From Octopus bimaculoides (lineage: Eukaryota): a stretch of DNA of 64,000 nucleotides. This document shows positions 25,073-39,635 of the stretch, one piece after another; positions within the stretch are counted from its first letter, which is position 1; every line of letters begins with the position of its first letter. The translations under genes were made by a program, and so were the position numbers. Location: contig NC_068988.1 in NCBI RefSeq assembly GCF_001194135.2, positions 84,629,685 through 84,693,684 of the forward strand, read 5' to 3'. The notes below the pieces were generated by a model. It was not told the DNA's origin. It ran no database searches and worked only from the letters and a program-made list of their open reading frames with translations.

Positions 25073-27339
25073 ATACATGTGCTCCCAGTAATACATTCTG
25101 ATTTATCTTTCATGAAATATATAATCAGAGAACTCCATGAACAATTAATGCTCAGCTGAAATGTCTAGAGCTCTGCCAGTAGCCTACATGATTTATGTAA
25201 AACAATTCAACAAGTCAGAAATATCACAAGAAAAGCATTTGTGAAAGTTTCCTATATATATGTTGTTTTTTAAAAATCTATTTTTGATGCTGATATGAGT
25301 TGGATAGGCCCTCATGGCCCCAGTGAGTTCTTATTTGGAGTTACTGCCTTCATAGATGGGTGAGAGGAATACACCTCCGCTTTGTTACATGTTCCACTAC
25401 TGACCTGTATATATGCATACATACATGTGTGTGTGTGTAATATATATAATGATAGAAAAAGGACATGAGCATTGATTTAGTACACAGAGGACCCATGTGT
25501 GCCCACAACAGTAGAAATTTAACCCGATTAATATTTGAACCAAATCCTGAATGGTTTAATTGTTGTGTATTGAGTGCATCCAATCGTGTGAGTATATACA
25601 TATATAAATATAAATATATATACATACATACACACATATATATATAGTTACATACTCATTTTACATACACATGCACACACAGTACCAATCATATGACAAT
25701 GTGAAAAAGCTGGACATGAGAGGGCTAAATTTAAATGACCTGAAAATTGGAATACAATAAATTTGAAGGACCAAATACTTAGCACACTGAATTTTGAAAT
25801 ATTTTGTAAATAATGTGGAAAACTGTCATAAAAAGATATTTATTTTGTGGTTTGACATATTTACTTTTATTATGTTACTTCAGAATAACAAAAGCAAGCA
25901 AGATATAGTGAGCATATTTATTTACGAAATAGATATACGTTTATTTCAGGGATATTGTATCAGAGATGTAAGTGAAAACTGAAATAGTTTATTTATTAAT
26001 AGAATAATTTCCATTCTATAAATTCTCTCATTATTAGTTTTCATTGTTTCTTTTAATACAAATGTATACAAAACTGAAAGTCCTGTGTTGGCATTATGAA
26101 ATGGAAAAGGGAAGGCGAAGGGAGATAAGCAAGTGCATAAGAATCAAAATTCAACTTGTTAATCGTTTGCTTTGTATTGAAACAAGAGGGAATATATTTA
26201 ATAATGAGAGAAATCAAGGAATGTAGTATTTGATATATAAGCTATTTGTTTTCATTTTTGTCTTAAATATCATATCCCTACAATATAAATTTATTGTGAT
26301 AATTTTGTAAGTAAATATGCCCTTGTTATTTTGATATAGCATAAAAAACAAGGAAATGTTATAATTCTGATGTAATCTTAGTTTTAAAACTGTAAATAAA
26401 TCATTTTCAGATTATTTTCCCCCTAAAATAATTATACTGACGTAGCATAATAAAATAAATAAATGTTATGTTTCTCAAATTCCATTTTAAATTTATACTT
26501 TCCCCTCTAATGTTCTTATTCTTACATAACATTATAGAAGTAAATATGTTATGATATGTTTCTTGAATAAACTCTCCTTTCAAAACTTTGAACATATACG
26601 TTTTAAAACCCTAAAAGTTTAAAATATTCAAAAAATTGGTGTTGTATTTTGTCTTTCAAGCTTTGAGTATTCTGATTTTTAAATCCTTCAACCCTAGTTG
26701 TATACACACACACACACATCTCGGAAGCTGAAATTTTTGAATCAATACTCCCAGTTTCACATTGCCAAATATTAAAACAATTAATAAAGGGAAGTGGTAT
26801 AATATTTTAGCAAACATCAGAATATGATTAGTCATCAGTATTTGACTGGTTGTCAAAGAACCATTAAAAAATGCATCACACATTCATTTATTCAGTTGTT
26901 ATTTTCAGAACATATGATATATTTGTCTATTTACATGAAAAAAATATTTTCATTTCTTCAGTATTATATGTAAGGCACAAATTCAAGGTAGCAGCTGTTG
27001 TTTATGTAGCCTTACTATTGATGCAAACCTGAATTTTTTGTTTTTTACATGTAACTATCTCTCAGGGTATAGTAAATCCATTTTGTGAAACATTAACTAC
27101 TTTTACCAGTTGGTATTTGTAAATTTCTCAATAGATATTGCTGGAAGTGTCTGCAAAAATTCACCAATTCTAACTTTTCATTCAAAATTGCAAAAAGGCT
27201 TTAATAAGGTATTTATATTTCTTTGAGAGACAAAAGTTACATCTAGAGCCATTAATAGTGCATGGCACGATGCATGTTCTATATTGGATCAATTGATTTT
27301 ACGATTGTTAATATAAGGGATTCTAATCCTTTATAGTGT

Positions 27340-27560
27340 GGTGAACTGACAGAGTTGCCAGACTGTTGGGGAAAATGCCTTGTGGTATTTCTTCTAGCTT
27401 TTTGCATTCTAAGTTCAAAATTGCTGCGGTCAACTTTGCCTTTCATCCTGACTAATTGGGTTGACAAAATAAACAATACCATTCAAGTACTGATGTCCAT
27501 GATATAGATGAGATCTCTTCCCTCTAAATTGCTGGCCTTGTGCCAAAATTAGAAATAATA
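27340..27560 (+). mobile_element. Family-A SINE
   Basis: gtggtgaactgacagag...aagttcaaaattgctgcggtcaactttgcctttcatcc...ggccttgtgcc. Confidence 0.8.
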
Positions 27561-28189
27561 TTATCATCCTTTATACTCCAAATATGTTTGGGTGTTGGAG
27601 GTTTTTATGTATATCTGAATGTGTACACATGTTGCAAGAATTTTTTTTTTAAGTAAACCCTACATAGCTTTTTGTTTCACTCTCATTTGCAAAGAGCTTC
27701 TTACTTCAGTTTTTATAGTATATATATGCATATGCATAGATATAAACATGTTTATGTGCAAGTTTTATTATTTATACATTTTTTTAGTTTTAGATTTAAG
27801 TTCTTCACAGTATTCCAACTGATCACTAATAAAATAACAAGATAGTTCCAAGGACTTGTGAATTCGTTAGTGTGTGGGCGTGTTTGTACTCTTATAATGT
27901 TGTACATATCTCCTTAGTACCAAAATATAATTACTCTTTATGTATGTATTCATTTCAGGGAAACCAAATATAGAATTTTTGGAATGCTTTACAAATCTTC
28001 ATTGTACCACTAATCAACTGAATTTGTTGTTACATAGTACAGTAATCCTATGATAATAAGTACATATGAGAATCTGTAGCCTAGATATAAAAACTAAGTT
28101 TCATACTAGTTCACCCTAGCCTCCACATCAGTGCACCATTTTTGTTCCCTGCTCCATAGAACAATATTAAATCCATTGTATTTGCACCA

Positions 28190-29420
28190 GATCACTGTTT
28201 TTATCAGAATGTTTCACTGGTATTCCTTATTGTTAAAGGCGTGGATAGATTCTTGTGTGCTTCTTGTAGGACTATCAGGACAATCCTTCCTGCAGATGCC
28301 ATGGTAAATAGTTTTTGCAACAATGTCACAGAAAGGTATCTTGTAGATAACTTTAGCCCGCTGCTGCTGATGTAGGTAATATGTTCCTCACTGAAATGGT
28401 ACATTTGACATTTTCTATCACAGCATAGAGATTTATAAGCATTATCTCTCTTATTGATGAGATATTTAGTGGATATCCCCTTTTTACAGATAGTGATGGC
28501 ATATCCTTCTAGGTGAGATGTGATGTCTTGGAGGGGATACTCTTACTATCGGTTCTGTTGGTATCCCCTACTTTCAGAATATGCACCTATATCCTCATGG
28601 AACAGTTGTACACCCAGAGTATCTATTCAGAAGTGCTTCACCTGATGTTTTTCCTGCTGAGCGCATATTATGTGACCATTTTTTTTCTGTTTTTGTTTGA
28701 GTGGCACAGTGTGACATTAAAGACCATTTAAATTCCCCTTTATTCTTCTGCCTCCATCTAACATAAATCTTGTCACTGTTAATGTTATATTTGATGGTTA
28801 ATATCTTCCTCATGATGATGTCTAAGTTACAGATTTCTTTGAGTATCCGGTCTAGTATCCCCAAAGTTAGTATTAGCATTAATATGATATTGCAAATGCA
28901 TTGTTGGAGATGATCTTTCATGCCTTTTGAATCTGCTGCTATATTATTTGTAACTCAAGATTTACTCACAATACCAATGCATGCAACATTCTCATCAATT
29001 TCAAGATAGTTGTAGCATTCATCATGGAGGTAAAAGAAATAGCCAGGCCATTGGTATCCTTATTCTTTGTCTGGTCAACAATCTTCTTTTGGTTGGTTGA
29101 TTACCAAAAATGAACACTAATCTTCACCAAATTCCATTCTTATGTCCCATGAAAATGTCGTGACCAGTTCTGTCCTTTGGTGTCATCAATATTACTTGAA
29201 TATAACTTTAGGCCATTAACAAAAACAAATAAGAATGTGAGCGACATTAATTTTCCTCTCAGTACCTTAGACATCATAGTCTTGCCACTTTCTCACTGAT
29301 AAGATGAAAAGTTGTCACTCTGGAATATAATAGATGCTACAGTTCAGTGATAGCTGTGTGTACCATGTTGTAGTTGGTCTTTTTATGGTATTGACAGTAA
29401 CAGATGGAACCTTGGTGAAA
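28190..29420 (-). mobile_element. Degenerate R4/Dong-like (restriction-like endonuclease class) non-LTR retrotransposon fragment
   Basis: Minus strand gives IFQSDNFS (cf. GIFQGDSLS), VNGLKLY (cf. DDLKLY), FSWDIRMEFGED (cf. FSxDIGMEFGxDKC), EGYAITICKKGISTKYL and a CCHC-like DRKCQMYHFSEEHITYI...CDIVAKTIYHGICRK. Confidence 0.7.
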
Positions 29421-31435
29421 CATAGTGACTCTTATCCTTGAGTAAAGGAAGGAAGGAATGTATGTGTGCATGTGTACTAATTTGTTTATCTGGCTTTACT
29501 TTACCAATTTCTGACCAACAAAGAAAGGCTCTTTCATTAAAATTAAGACAGTGTTAACTAGGCAGTCATATTTGTATGTATTTATCTGCACAAGTATATA
29601 TTATGTTTAAACAGGGATGTCATCGTGAATCAAATCTATGCTTTGATTTATGCACGTGTACATATTCATGTTTCTATGACTACATGTGTGTGGTGTGTGT
29701 ATGCACTTATTACATTCTAAACTTCCAGAATGTTTTTACGTCCTTTCACAGTTTCATTAATGGCTTCTAATTGTAATCTTGTAATTAACCATGTCCTTTT
29801 TGCTTTTGTGAGACACATCTCAAAATTGGTACTGAAACAGTTAGTTGCATAACCAAGTACCCTAATAACAACAGGTATACATTTAAAGCTATAATTTGTA
29901 TGGAATATCCACATCATAGATGTTTTCTTTTTCACTAATCTGTTAACATTGTTAACATCTGCTGAGCTACTGACTTCTACTACTGTGCACATTTCAGATG
30001 CATGAGGGCATATATATAATGTAACTTTTTCCAAACCTGATGTTTTCCATTATTCTTGGTGATACACACATATAAATTAAGTAATTTTGAAGGCTATACA
30101 ACATATTACTTGAATAATTGAATACAGTAGGGTCTTAGATTGGCCTCTTAACTTTCCTTTTTGTTTTTACCTGACTCTGCTCCTTAAAGACTCATAAAGG
30201 GTTTACATGATGGTTAACAAATAAATAAGACTCTAAACTTTTCCAGAGAATTTCCTGTAATGTTTTCAAATACATAGGCAGCTGTCCCAGCGTGGCTTCA
30301 GCCCCTGCGACTGAAAACAACTAAAGACTAACACTTGTTATTTACCTCAATCTGTAATATTGTAAACATATGGTAACAAGTGGCTTATATTTCTCTGTGT
30401 GTGTGTGTATGAATATAATGTACATTAAACATGCATTTGTAAATATCAATGAGACTGAAATAATTCCAGTGTATGTGAATATTTCAAGTTGAGAAATTTC
30501 ATGTAACTTATTACTAATACAAGAACTTAAGTATTAATACAAAAACCTCAGAGTAGTAAGTTCCATTGAATTTAACTGATATTCACACACATACACACCT
30601 ACTGAATTGGTATTGAGTATTCTCTCTTTCTTTGTATCGACCGTATAAAGACTACTGTTTCTGTATATGTTTATTGCATGTAGCTGGTACCTCATGCATT
30701 GCTACTCAGAATTTCTTTTTATCCATATTTCTGTCAAGCAACAAAGACAGTTTAATGTAATGTATATAAAGTAAAACTCCCAGTTGCAATGCAGGAACTA
30801 CAGCTGTGTGCAATTTACTATATCCTACAGCATGCACTGAGTACTTTTTCTCTTGTTCATAAAGCAAAACACACACACACACACACACACATACATATGT
30901 ATATATGTATATGTACCTATATATATATATGATATAAATGTTTGAAAAAAGAAAACCATTGAGCACTTCTGTTGAGGAGTTCAGCTAAATATGTATGGTA
31001 ATGTCAATAAATGAAAACAAAAAGATAATGTATTACCTTATATATGTTGTTTAATGATCTGGAAACAACAAATTTCTCCAAATTCCTTGATAATTTTCTT
31101 TTCTATAGCTGAATAGGAGAATCTTTCTCAAAATATTATAGGATCATTAAACAATTTGTGTATGGTAATACAATATTTTTTCTCTTTGTTTTAATTTCTT
31201 GATATCACCTTACATATTTTGCCTAACTTGTCACCTGCATTGTTCAAAGGAGTTTTTTTTTCAAACATTTATTTTATTTACTCATTTGCAGTGCTTCAAG
31301 CAAAATTACAACACTCTTTNNNNNNNNNNNNNNNNNNNNNNNNNNNNNNNNNNNNNNNNNNNNNNNNNNNNNNNNNNNNNNNNNNNNNNNNNNNNNNNNN
31401 NNNNNNNNNNNNNNNNNNNNNNNNNNNNNNNNNNN

Positions 31436-31504
<69 letters not shown>

Positions 31505-33234
31505 CTTTTACTATTTTATAAATTTGTGATCAATAATTTATATAGCCAGTTATGTTGGTCATTTATTTGGGAAATCACCAGTAGTTCAAATATTTATAAA
31601 TCTACTGCTGAATATAAAACATCACAACCATTATTAATTTCTAATGTGTATTTCTTCTTGTTTTCTTAACTGTATTTTTTTTTATTTTTATATATTTTTA
31701 CCCTTGCAGAGTTTTACATCTAAATGTTTATATATATATATATATATAGCAAGTAAATCTTGGAAAAGCCATTTAATAAGACACAAAGTTATTAAATTAA
31801 CTTTAAATTTTTTCCATTAGGCATCAAAATTTGTGTTGCACAACTGTCAGAAACTTGTCTGCAGTTATACAACAAAAAAGTTGATACCTCATGAAATATT
31901 TTTAAATTTAAAGTGAATTTTGCAACTTGGCATGTTATTAAAAGCTCTTTAGTTCTTCCGTGATGCAGTTGCTTCAGTTTTAACACATGGTCTCAGATCA
32001 AGGTACTTGCTGGACATATATATATTCATTCAAAGCTGATGATTCCCTCTGTCAATACTCTAAGTTGCAATTGAATACATAAACTTTATTACATGTATGA
32101 ATACTTTTTGTCTTTTGTACACTCAAATATGCATACACACAGATATTTTACCAATTTGCTATAGTCATTTCATGATGTAGCATTTCGTTTGAGAGGGAGA
32201 GAGAGAATCAACAATAGCAACAAAAAGAAACTGTGGACCAAAAATGAATTCGTTCTTTATTACAAGAAAAATTTTAAAGCTTGTTAAACTACAAACCTCT
32301 AATTTTGGCTCAGTACTATACATGGAGGATGAGAGTTGTATCAACCTACAAGGCAAGGGAGCACACATGAATGCGTGTGTATGCATGCGTGCGTGCACAC
32401 ACCCACCCACACACACACACACAGAGAAGGGAATCAAAAATACTTGACTGATACTTATTTAATCAATCCAAGAAAGATAAAAAAAAAAAAGCTTATTCCC
32501 GGTGGAATTTGAAGTCGGTATTTAAAGGGAATTGAAGACTATAAAGCATTTAGTCTCAACTAAATCTTTTGTATTCTCAAAGCTCATCTAAATAATTACA
32601 AAGATCTCTAAAAGGTGGTTTGGTTGTCACCTCTCTCTTCTGATTCTGACATTATCCCCTCTTCACTCATCTACAAAATAAATCCTATTTTTACCATTTA
32701 AAGCCTTAAATGCAATCTAAGGAAGATCTGGAGAGGACAATTATCAGAAACGATGCACAAGTTAGTTCAAAGTAATTGCCAATAATAATCATAATACTAA
32801 TGATTTCTTTTACTATCCACCAGGTCCAAGATGAAATGTAAAATAAACAACGAAAAAGAAATGTTGAGGGATTTACCTAGGGTAAAGGTACGAGAGCAAC
32901 AATAACAAATAAAGGCACATTAACGAATATCAATAATAATAAATAGCAATAACAGTGTAGAACAACAGTATAGCAAGCATGGTTCCTCCAATATGGTGGT
33001 GGGGATAATCGTTATAAAGGGATTTGGAGCATTCTACACACATCCAGACTACTTTCATACACTGGTGCCTTCTCCTGGTTGTTTCCACCAGTGTAGAGGC
33101 ACAGCCATTTCAGTTCACCACTCTCACCCACATTTCATAGAATTTTCTGGAGAGTAACACTTCCTCTCTATCTTCACCCTTCTTTCTTTGAATAGTATTT
33201 GAGGAGAAACTTCTGCCCTCCAACCTTTAATAAT

Positions 33235-35050
33235 AATGGTTTCAAATTTTGGCACAAGACCAGCAATTTTTGGGGAAGAGGTTAGTCGATCGATTGCATT
33301 GACTCCAGTGTTTACCTGGTCGAACTTGGTGGATTTTTATCTTGGAATGTAAGCTACTAAGCATTTTGTCCAGCATACTAAGGATTCTGCCAATAATAAT
33401 GATGATTTCTTGCAAAATCACAAGGTCAGAGTTTGTGTGGGAGATGTGTAGTGGATTAAACTGGACTGCAGTGTATGTTAGTAATCCTGCAAGGATGAAA
33501 GGCAAAGGCCACTCCAACAAGATTTGAACTCAAAAGGAAAAAAGTTTAATACTGCAATATTATACTGTGTCAATGCTTTTTAAGACATTAAAAAAATAAT
33601 TAAAAAAATTATCTATTTAAAATAAAGAAATAAAACAAGAAATAACTTTCATGTTTGTCTATTCTAAAGAAATTTCTAGAAATGAATATTGCTAAGATAT
33701 TTTTATACACATGTAAACTGTGCAATAATAATAATAATAATAATACAATTATTATTATTATTATTATTATTATTGGCTGGCAGAGTCATCAGAACTTGGA
33801 AAAAATGCTTTGCAGTATATCTTCTGGTTCTTTGCTTTCAAAGTTCAAATCACACTAAGGTTAAATTTGCTTTTCATCCTTTTGGGTATTGACAAGAATA
33901 CTAGTCATGTACTGAGGTTGATCGTATTAAATAACCTCCTACTCTAATAATTGCTGGCCCTGTGCCTAAATTAGAAACCATGATTAATACTATTAGTTTG
34001 CAGAATTGTCAATTTGGAAAAATGCCTTGTGGTATTTCTTTTGATTCTTTATGTTCTAAGTTCAAATTCCACTGAGATCAACTTTGCCTTTCATCCCTCC
34101 AGCATTGATAAAATAGAGTACAAATACAGGGGTTGATGGTACCAATTAACCTCCCCCACCACTTAAAATTACTGGCCTTGTGCCTAAACTAGAAATAATA
34201 AAACTAATTATAATGAGTATTTATAACCTAGCTAGAAGATAAATATATCTAGCACTACACCGGTTTTAACTTAATCAGTCTCGATTGGCAGAATGCTTTG
34301 TGGTATTTGGACAGGTGTCTTTACATTCCAAGTTCAAATCCTGGCTATGTCAACTTTGCATTTTATCCTTCTGAGGTTACTCTTATTGACTATACTTTTC
34401 CACAAAATTCTATGGTCTGTCTATGTTACAAAATTACAAACAAATTTTATTAATATGAGCACTTTGCTTTATGTTCTGAGATCAAATCCTGCTGAAGTCA
34501 TCTTTGCTTTTCCTCATTTTGGAGTTGATAAAAGAAAGTACTAGTTGATTGTAGCCCTAGAATTTCTGGCCTTGTGTATATAACAGAAACATTATTATGA
34601 ATGAAAATTGTAGCAGATTAGCAGAAATGTTAGAGTGTTATAAAAAATGCCACATATTTCCTCAAGCTCGGCAGTGAGCTGGCAAATCGTTAGCATGCCA
34701 GGCAAAAATACTTATTGGTATTTTGTCCATCTTTACATCCTGAATTCAAATTCTGCCAAGGCTGACTTTGCCTTTCATTCTTTTGGGATCAACAAAATAA
34801 GTACTTGTTAAGCACTGGGTTGATATAATCGACTTATCCCCTCCCTCAAAATTGTTGAACTTGAGCTGAAAATTTCGAAACCAATATTTCTTCAAATGTT
34901 TTGTGTTTCGAGTTCCAATCTTGCTGATGTCAACTTTTCCCTTTCTCCTTTTGGGGGTTGATAGAATAAAGAATCAGTCAAGTACTGAAGTCGATGTAAT
35001 TGATTAGCATCCCCACCCTTGAAATTGTTGGCCTTGAGCCTAAATTAGAA
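33235..35050. mobile_element. Cluster of about 8 family-A SINE copies (minus-strand copies first, then a plus-strand array) separated by (ATT)n tails
   Basis: Repeated gttcaaat...ctttgcctttcatcc...ggccttgtgcc units near 33250, 33780, 34020, 34300, 34470, 34670 and 34910. Confidence 0.8.
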
Positions 35051-35149
35051 ATTATTATTATGAATGTATGTAAGAAAAGGAATCAACCAACATGAAAATA
35101 ATTTGATAAACTGATGTGTTGAGAATTATATTACACAACAATTTAGTCT

Positions 35150-35510
35150 ATTTATAAGTATAATAGTACTATATTGTGAAATTCTAGATCAATATAAGAG
35201 TAATATTAGCACTGTATCATTGTAAAATAATCAATTCTTGAGTAACATCTACTGAGTAATATTAGTACTATATTGTTGCATAATACTAGATTACTATACT
35301 TGAATATTATTAGCACTATATTATTAGAATATTAGAATAACATTTGTATATTTTGAAGTATTACAAAATACGAGAGTAACATCACTACCGTATTGTGAAA
35401 TACTAGAGTAATATTAGCTCTGCATTGTGAAATATTAAGAGTAAAATTAGTACTATATTGTAAAATATTAAAATAATATCAACTCTATATTGTAAAATAC
35501 TAATAATATA
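35150..35510. repeat. Degenerate AT-rich minisatellite, about 31-bp unit (GAGTAATATTAGTACTATATTGTAAAATACTA-like)
   Basis: Recurring gagtaatattag / ctatattgt(g/a)aaata motifs. Confidence 0.65.
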
Positions 35511-37387
35511 ATCAGTTTGAAGTTAATACTTACAAAATACTTTACTGCTTCTTGTCTGGTTGTTGCTGTCATGGTGGTTGTTTAGCCTCTAATATCAACC
35601 CTGAACTAGAACTATAAACAAAAGATATTCTGGCTGTGACCATGCACTCTTGTTAATGATATTAACATTGTGTCCTTCTGTCTCTTAAGACAGTAGGTCA
35701 TAATTTGAGGCAGATTTAGCTGCTGTTTACAAACAGCAGGTCAATCGACCACCTAGAGGCTCTTGTTGGTTCATTTTGTTTTGGGAAGATAGCTTTGTAC
35801 TATCCACTTAGATCATTAATGGGCAATAGTAGTTGAACTGTAGACCCTGTTCCCGTCAACCCTACTGTGACTCACATACTTCTCAGATCATGCACTAAAT
35901 AATGTTGTTCCTTACCAGAACTGTAGTCCTCTGAAATTTCCTTTTTAATCACATTGTTTCCAGCAAATATTCAAGTAAGACACCAACATATTATCCAATC
36001 AGTCTGGTAGGAAGGTCATGGATACTGTCCCCTCCATTAAGTTACATAAACCGGTGGTGGTAATAGTAGTAGTTGTAGTAGTAGTATTAGTAGTAGTAGT
36101 AGTAGACCTCACTCAATAGAAACTTGATGTTCTATGTTGTATGGATGCTGAGGTGAAGCTAGAGTATTCTCTCCTGGGCTCAAACCAAAGCTAGTTGTTA
36201 CCCATGTAGCAGTTGGTACTCCACCATTTCTCCAGGTTCAAACGAGTGGCAAGGCTGATACAGGTTGGCGCATCAGCAGTCTCACAGGAGCTGCTGGAAC
36301 AAAGCTGAAGGCAGCAGCAAACCACCTTAGGTGCTACAACTCCGGATTTTTCTTCAGGGTTTCACTCCCAAACCATTTCCTAGGTGGGGGGAAGCATGGG
36401 TTGACATCAAGGCAGTGATGGTTGGAGATTGGAAATTGCTTCCTCCTAGATGAGCTAAAAGCTCCAAGTGGATGAAGCTCTTTTGTCAAAATCTTGTCTG
36501 TCCATACTTTAAAATTAGACCAATGTGGATGAGGGTCATTATCATTGTAGATTGTGAAATTTAAGTAAATGTGGATGGCAATTAAAATATGTGTGTATTA
36601 GTAAATGTTTTATAATGTTTTGTAGGTGAGTTTTAGTCTTTTTAGAATTGTTTATTGAAGGGACAGTGCCCATGACTCCTGCATACATTCCCTAACTAGT
36701 GACAGGTTTGATGTTCAACTTGGAATAATTATTTGTGTCAGTCAGGGAAAATGTGGGCTAGAAAGGTGTAGGTGCTGGGATAGAATGATTGGAGAAGAGA
36801 GCAGATTGATAGTTCAGAGTAAAAGGAGCCATAATTGTGGTAAAAAAAAGACATTAAGTCATCATCTTTTGTGGGGTCTAGAGCTATATTTCATGGATAT
36901 TTCTGAATGACCTAAGCATAAATGTCACTTCTCAGTTTCTTGTCTCTTAAACAGAAAAAGAAAACCTTCATGACTTTTGTACTATCTTGACAAATTATAG
37001 AAATAGGTTGATGAGGGCAATACTCCGAGTTTAGTTTACTAATAAATGTCCTTTCTACAGTCAACTTGAATTGAGAATATTCATCATAACATAATATGTG
37101 TGTGTATGTTGTAAGACTAACTGTTCTTTCTAGGTCAGATCTGTTTCATTTTAGTGTGTTTGTTCTCTCTGTTGTTTAAGGAATTTGGTCTCCCTACACA
37201 TATATGTTAGGGTAAAAACTCTTTAAATTGTTTTTTGTGCTTATGATCTTCTAGAAAGTTATTTTTATTGTAGATTAATGAGTTCCAATGTCTCATGTGT
37301 GTTTATTATGACACTTCTCTGTAATTACTTCATTAATTGAACTGTTAATTCTAGAAACTTCTGCTGATTGAACATGAAACTAAAAAT

Positions 37388-37419
<32 letters not shown>

Positions 37420-38558
37420 AGATGTGAAATGAATTTGGAAGTTAAATAATTTCTGAAGATTTCTTAATGCAGTTATTGTTGCAATTGGTTACTATGGTTA
37501 ATTAGGTTTGAGCAGACTTATAGCTCATAGAAACATCTGACGAAACAAAGCATTTGATCAGATATTTTTAGCATTGTCCCTCCTGTCTTTACTGTTAGAG
37601 TATGTTGTCTTAAGACAGAAGACTTGATATGTTCCCATCTTACAAAGACAACAACAAGTTTGTTGGGGGATACAGGTCATGTGATTACACAGAAGCATGC
37701 CTCACCAATATGTATGCTACTTGCTTTCTCCCTCCATCACTGTATCATGGGATCTATATTTCAGTGACTTTGTACATTTAGTTGAGGGAGATTTCAATGT
37801 TACATTTAAGCTGATTGACTATATACAAAGTTCCTTGCATTGGTTTCTTTCTCTTTAACAGTGGCTCAGTTTGGGAGTAAGTAGGTAAAATAAAAAAGGG
37901 AGAAAAAGTAATCAAAGAAAAGAAAAAAAATTTACAAATAAAGAATTATATTATGAAAATAAAATAAAAGTAATAAATGGAATGGTTTGTAAAGTGAGTT
38001 ATAGAGAGACAACCAACTTTATGATGAACATCGTTTTAATAAAATGATTTATTAATGACCGAAGAACCTCTTTTATTATATACTAAATGTAAATGTAGAC
38101 AATGGGTAGACAGAGAATATACAGGATAAAAGTAAAATATACTCTCCGCCTCAGTGCTCTTGTAGGTGACAAACCCACATCTTCTATATTTGCTGATTAT
38201 TGCTACAGACCTCTCTCCAAAGTTTCTCAGATTACTTCGAAGCCTATAAATCAATATCATATGTCATCACCATTCTTTCCATCCTAGCACCAGATGTTTA
38301 CTAGTTTGTTTTTTTTTTTCTTGTACATACTTCTTTTGAAATTCAGAGTTTGGTGTTCAATTAGAATTTGCCTTTTGATCTGAATTTCTGAATTTTTGGT
38401 ACCCATTTCTTTGTATTCCATTCTCACAAAGTGGACACCATCTACAGTTATCTGTGATTGTTTAGAAACAAATATTTATACCTTTTACGATCTATAAAAT
38501 AAAACAACAAAAAACAAACTATATATTACTGAGCTAGGATTTGTTTGAAGAATATATT

Positions 38559-38613
<55 letters not shown>

Positions 38614-39635
38614 AAATATATATTTATCGAATGATGTAACTGTGGATAAAGATTAAAGAGAATAAATAGGCTGAAGAAGATTACAAAAAAACAAAAAAAA
38701 ACAAAATCAAAACAAGAAAAAACAAAAACCAAGGAATATGTAACTTCAAACATTAACTGAGACTAGCACCCCCATCAGGGTTAGCTCTCTGGTGTATTTG
38801 GTAATTTTGATACTAGCTCTCTACTATTTCACAGTCCAAAATATATAATCTGTCACAGGATGAAGTAAAAATTTCTACATGCTTCAGAAAGACTAGTATC
38901 ATCTACTAAATTCTTCAAACTTTCTACCAGTCTTTGCTGGAGTATGGAATATTCTGTACCATTAATTTATTTTCTTTTTTTCCCTGTGATTGTTGGTGTT
39001 GATGATGGGGGTGGATGGGGTCAGAAAAATTGCTAAGCAATTAAAACTTAAAAAAAAAAAGAAAATAAAATTCTACACAATAATGATATAATATTTTATT
39101 CACTGAACATTATAATTCCTGTCGTGTTGGTGAATACTCATACCATTAATATGAGATTCTCATGTTGGCATTTATGCGTTAATCTCTTAATGAATTTGTC
39201 AAACTTTGTTCATGGAAAAAAATTATGATAAAAATATTAATAATAATAATAAAAACAAAAACCATATTTGGTGTGTTCAAAAGTATATCTGTTGATTTTG
39301 ACTTTATTTTTTAATCAGAAATTAATATTTCTATTTCTACATGATTTACATAATTAATATTGCAAATCACTTGACAGCTTAGAGTAGTAATAGTTGGTTA
39401 TTAGTGTCCGGGACATGAATATTTGATGAGTTGTAATTTCTAACAATGGTTATAGAAAAATGGGGTCTGAATAAAATAAACAAGATCTGTGTCAAGTAAA
39501 AACAGTTAAAAATATACTTAAAACAAGATATATGGGTGCTGTGAGGAGAGGTTTTGGACAAAGAGAATCTATGAAGAAGTGTGTTAGAAGGTTGTAAATG
39601 AAGATGAAAAGTTTTACACTGAACAAGAACATCCT

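Noticed and set aside
38145-38250. Minus-strand LRNFGERSVAIISKYRRCGFVTYKSTEAE, loosely resembling an RRM RNP1 exon
   Set aside because: Weak purine-rich acceptor, weak donor, phase incompatible with the putative 39670 first exon, and no other RRM exons found
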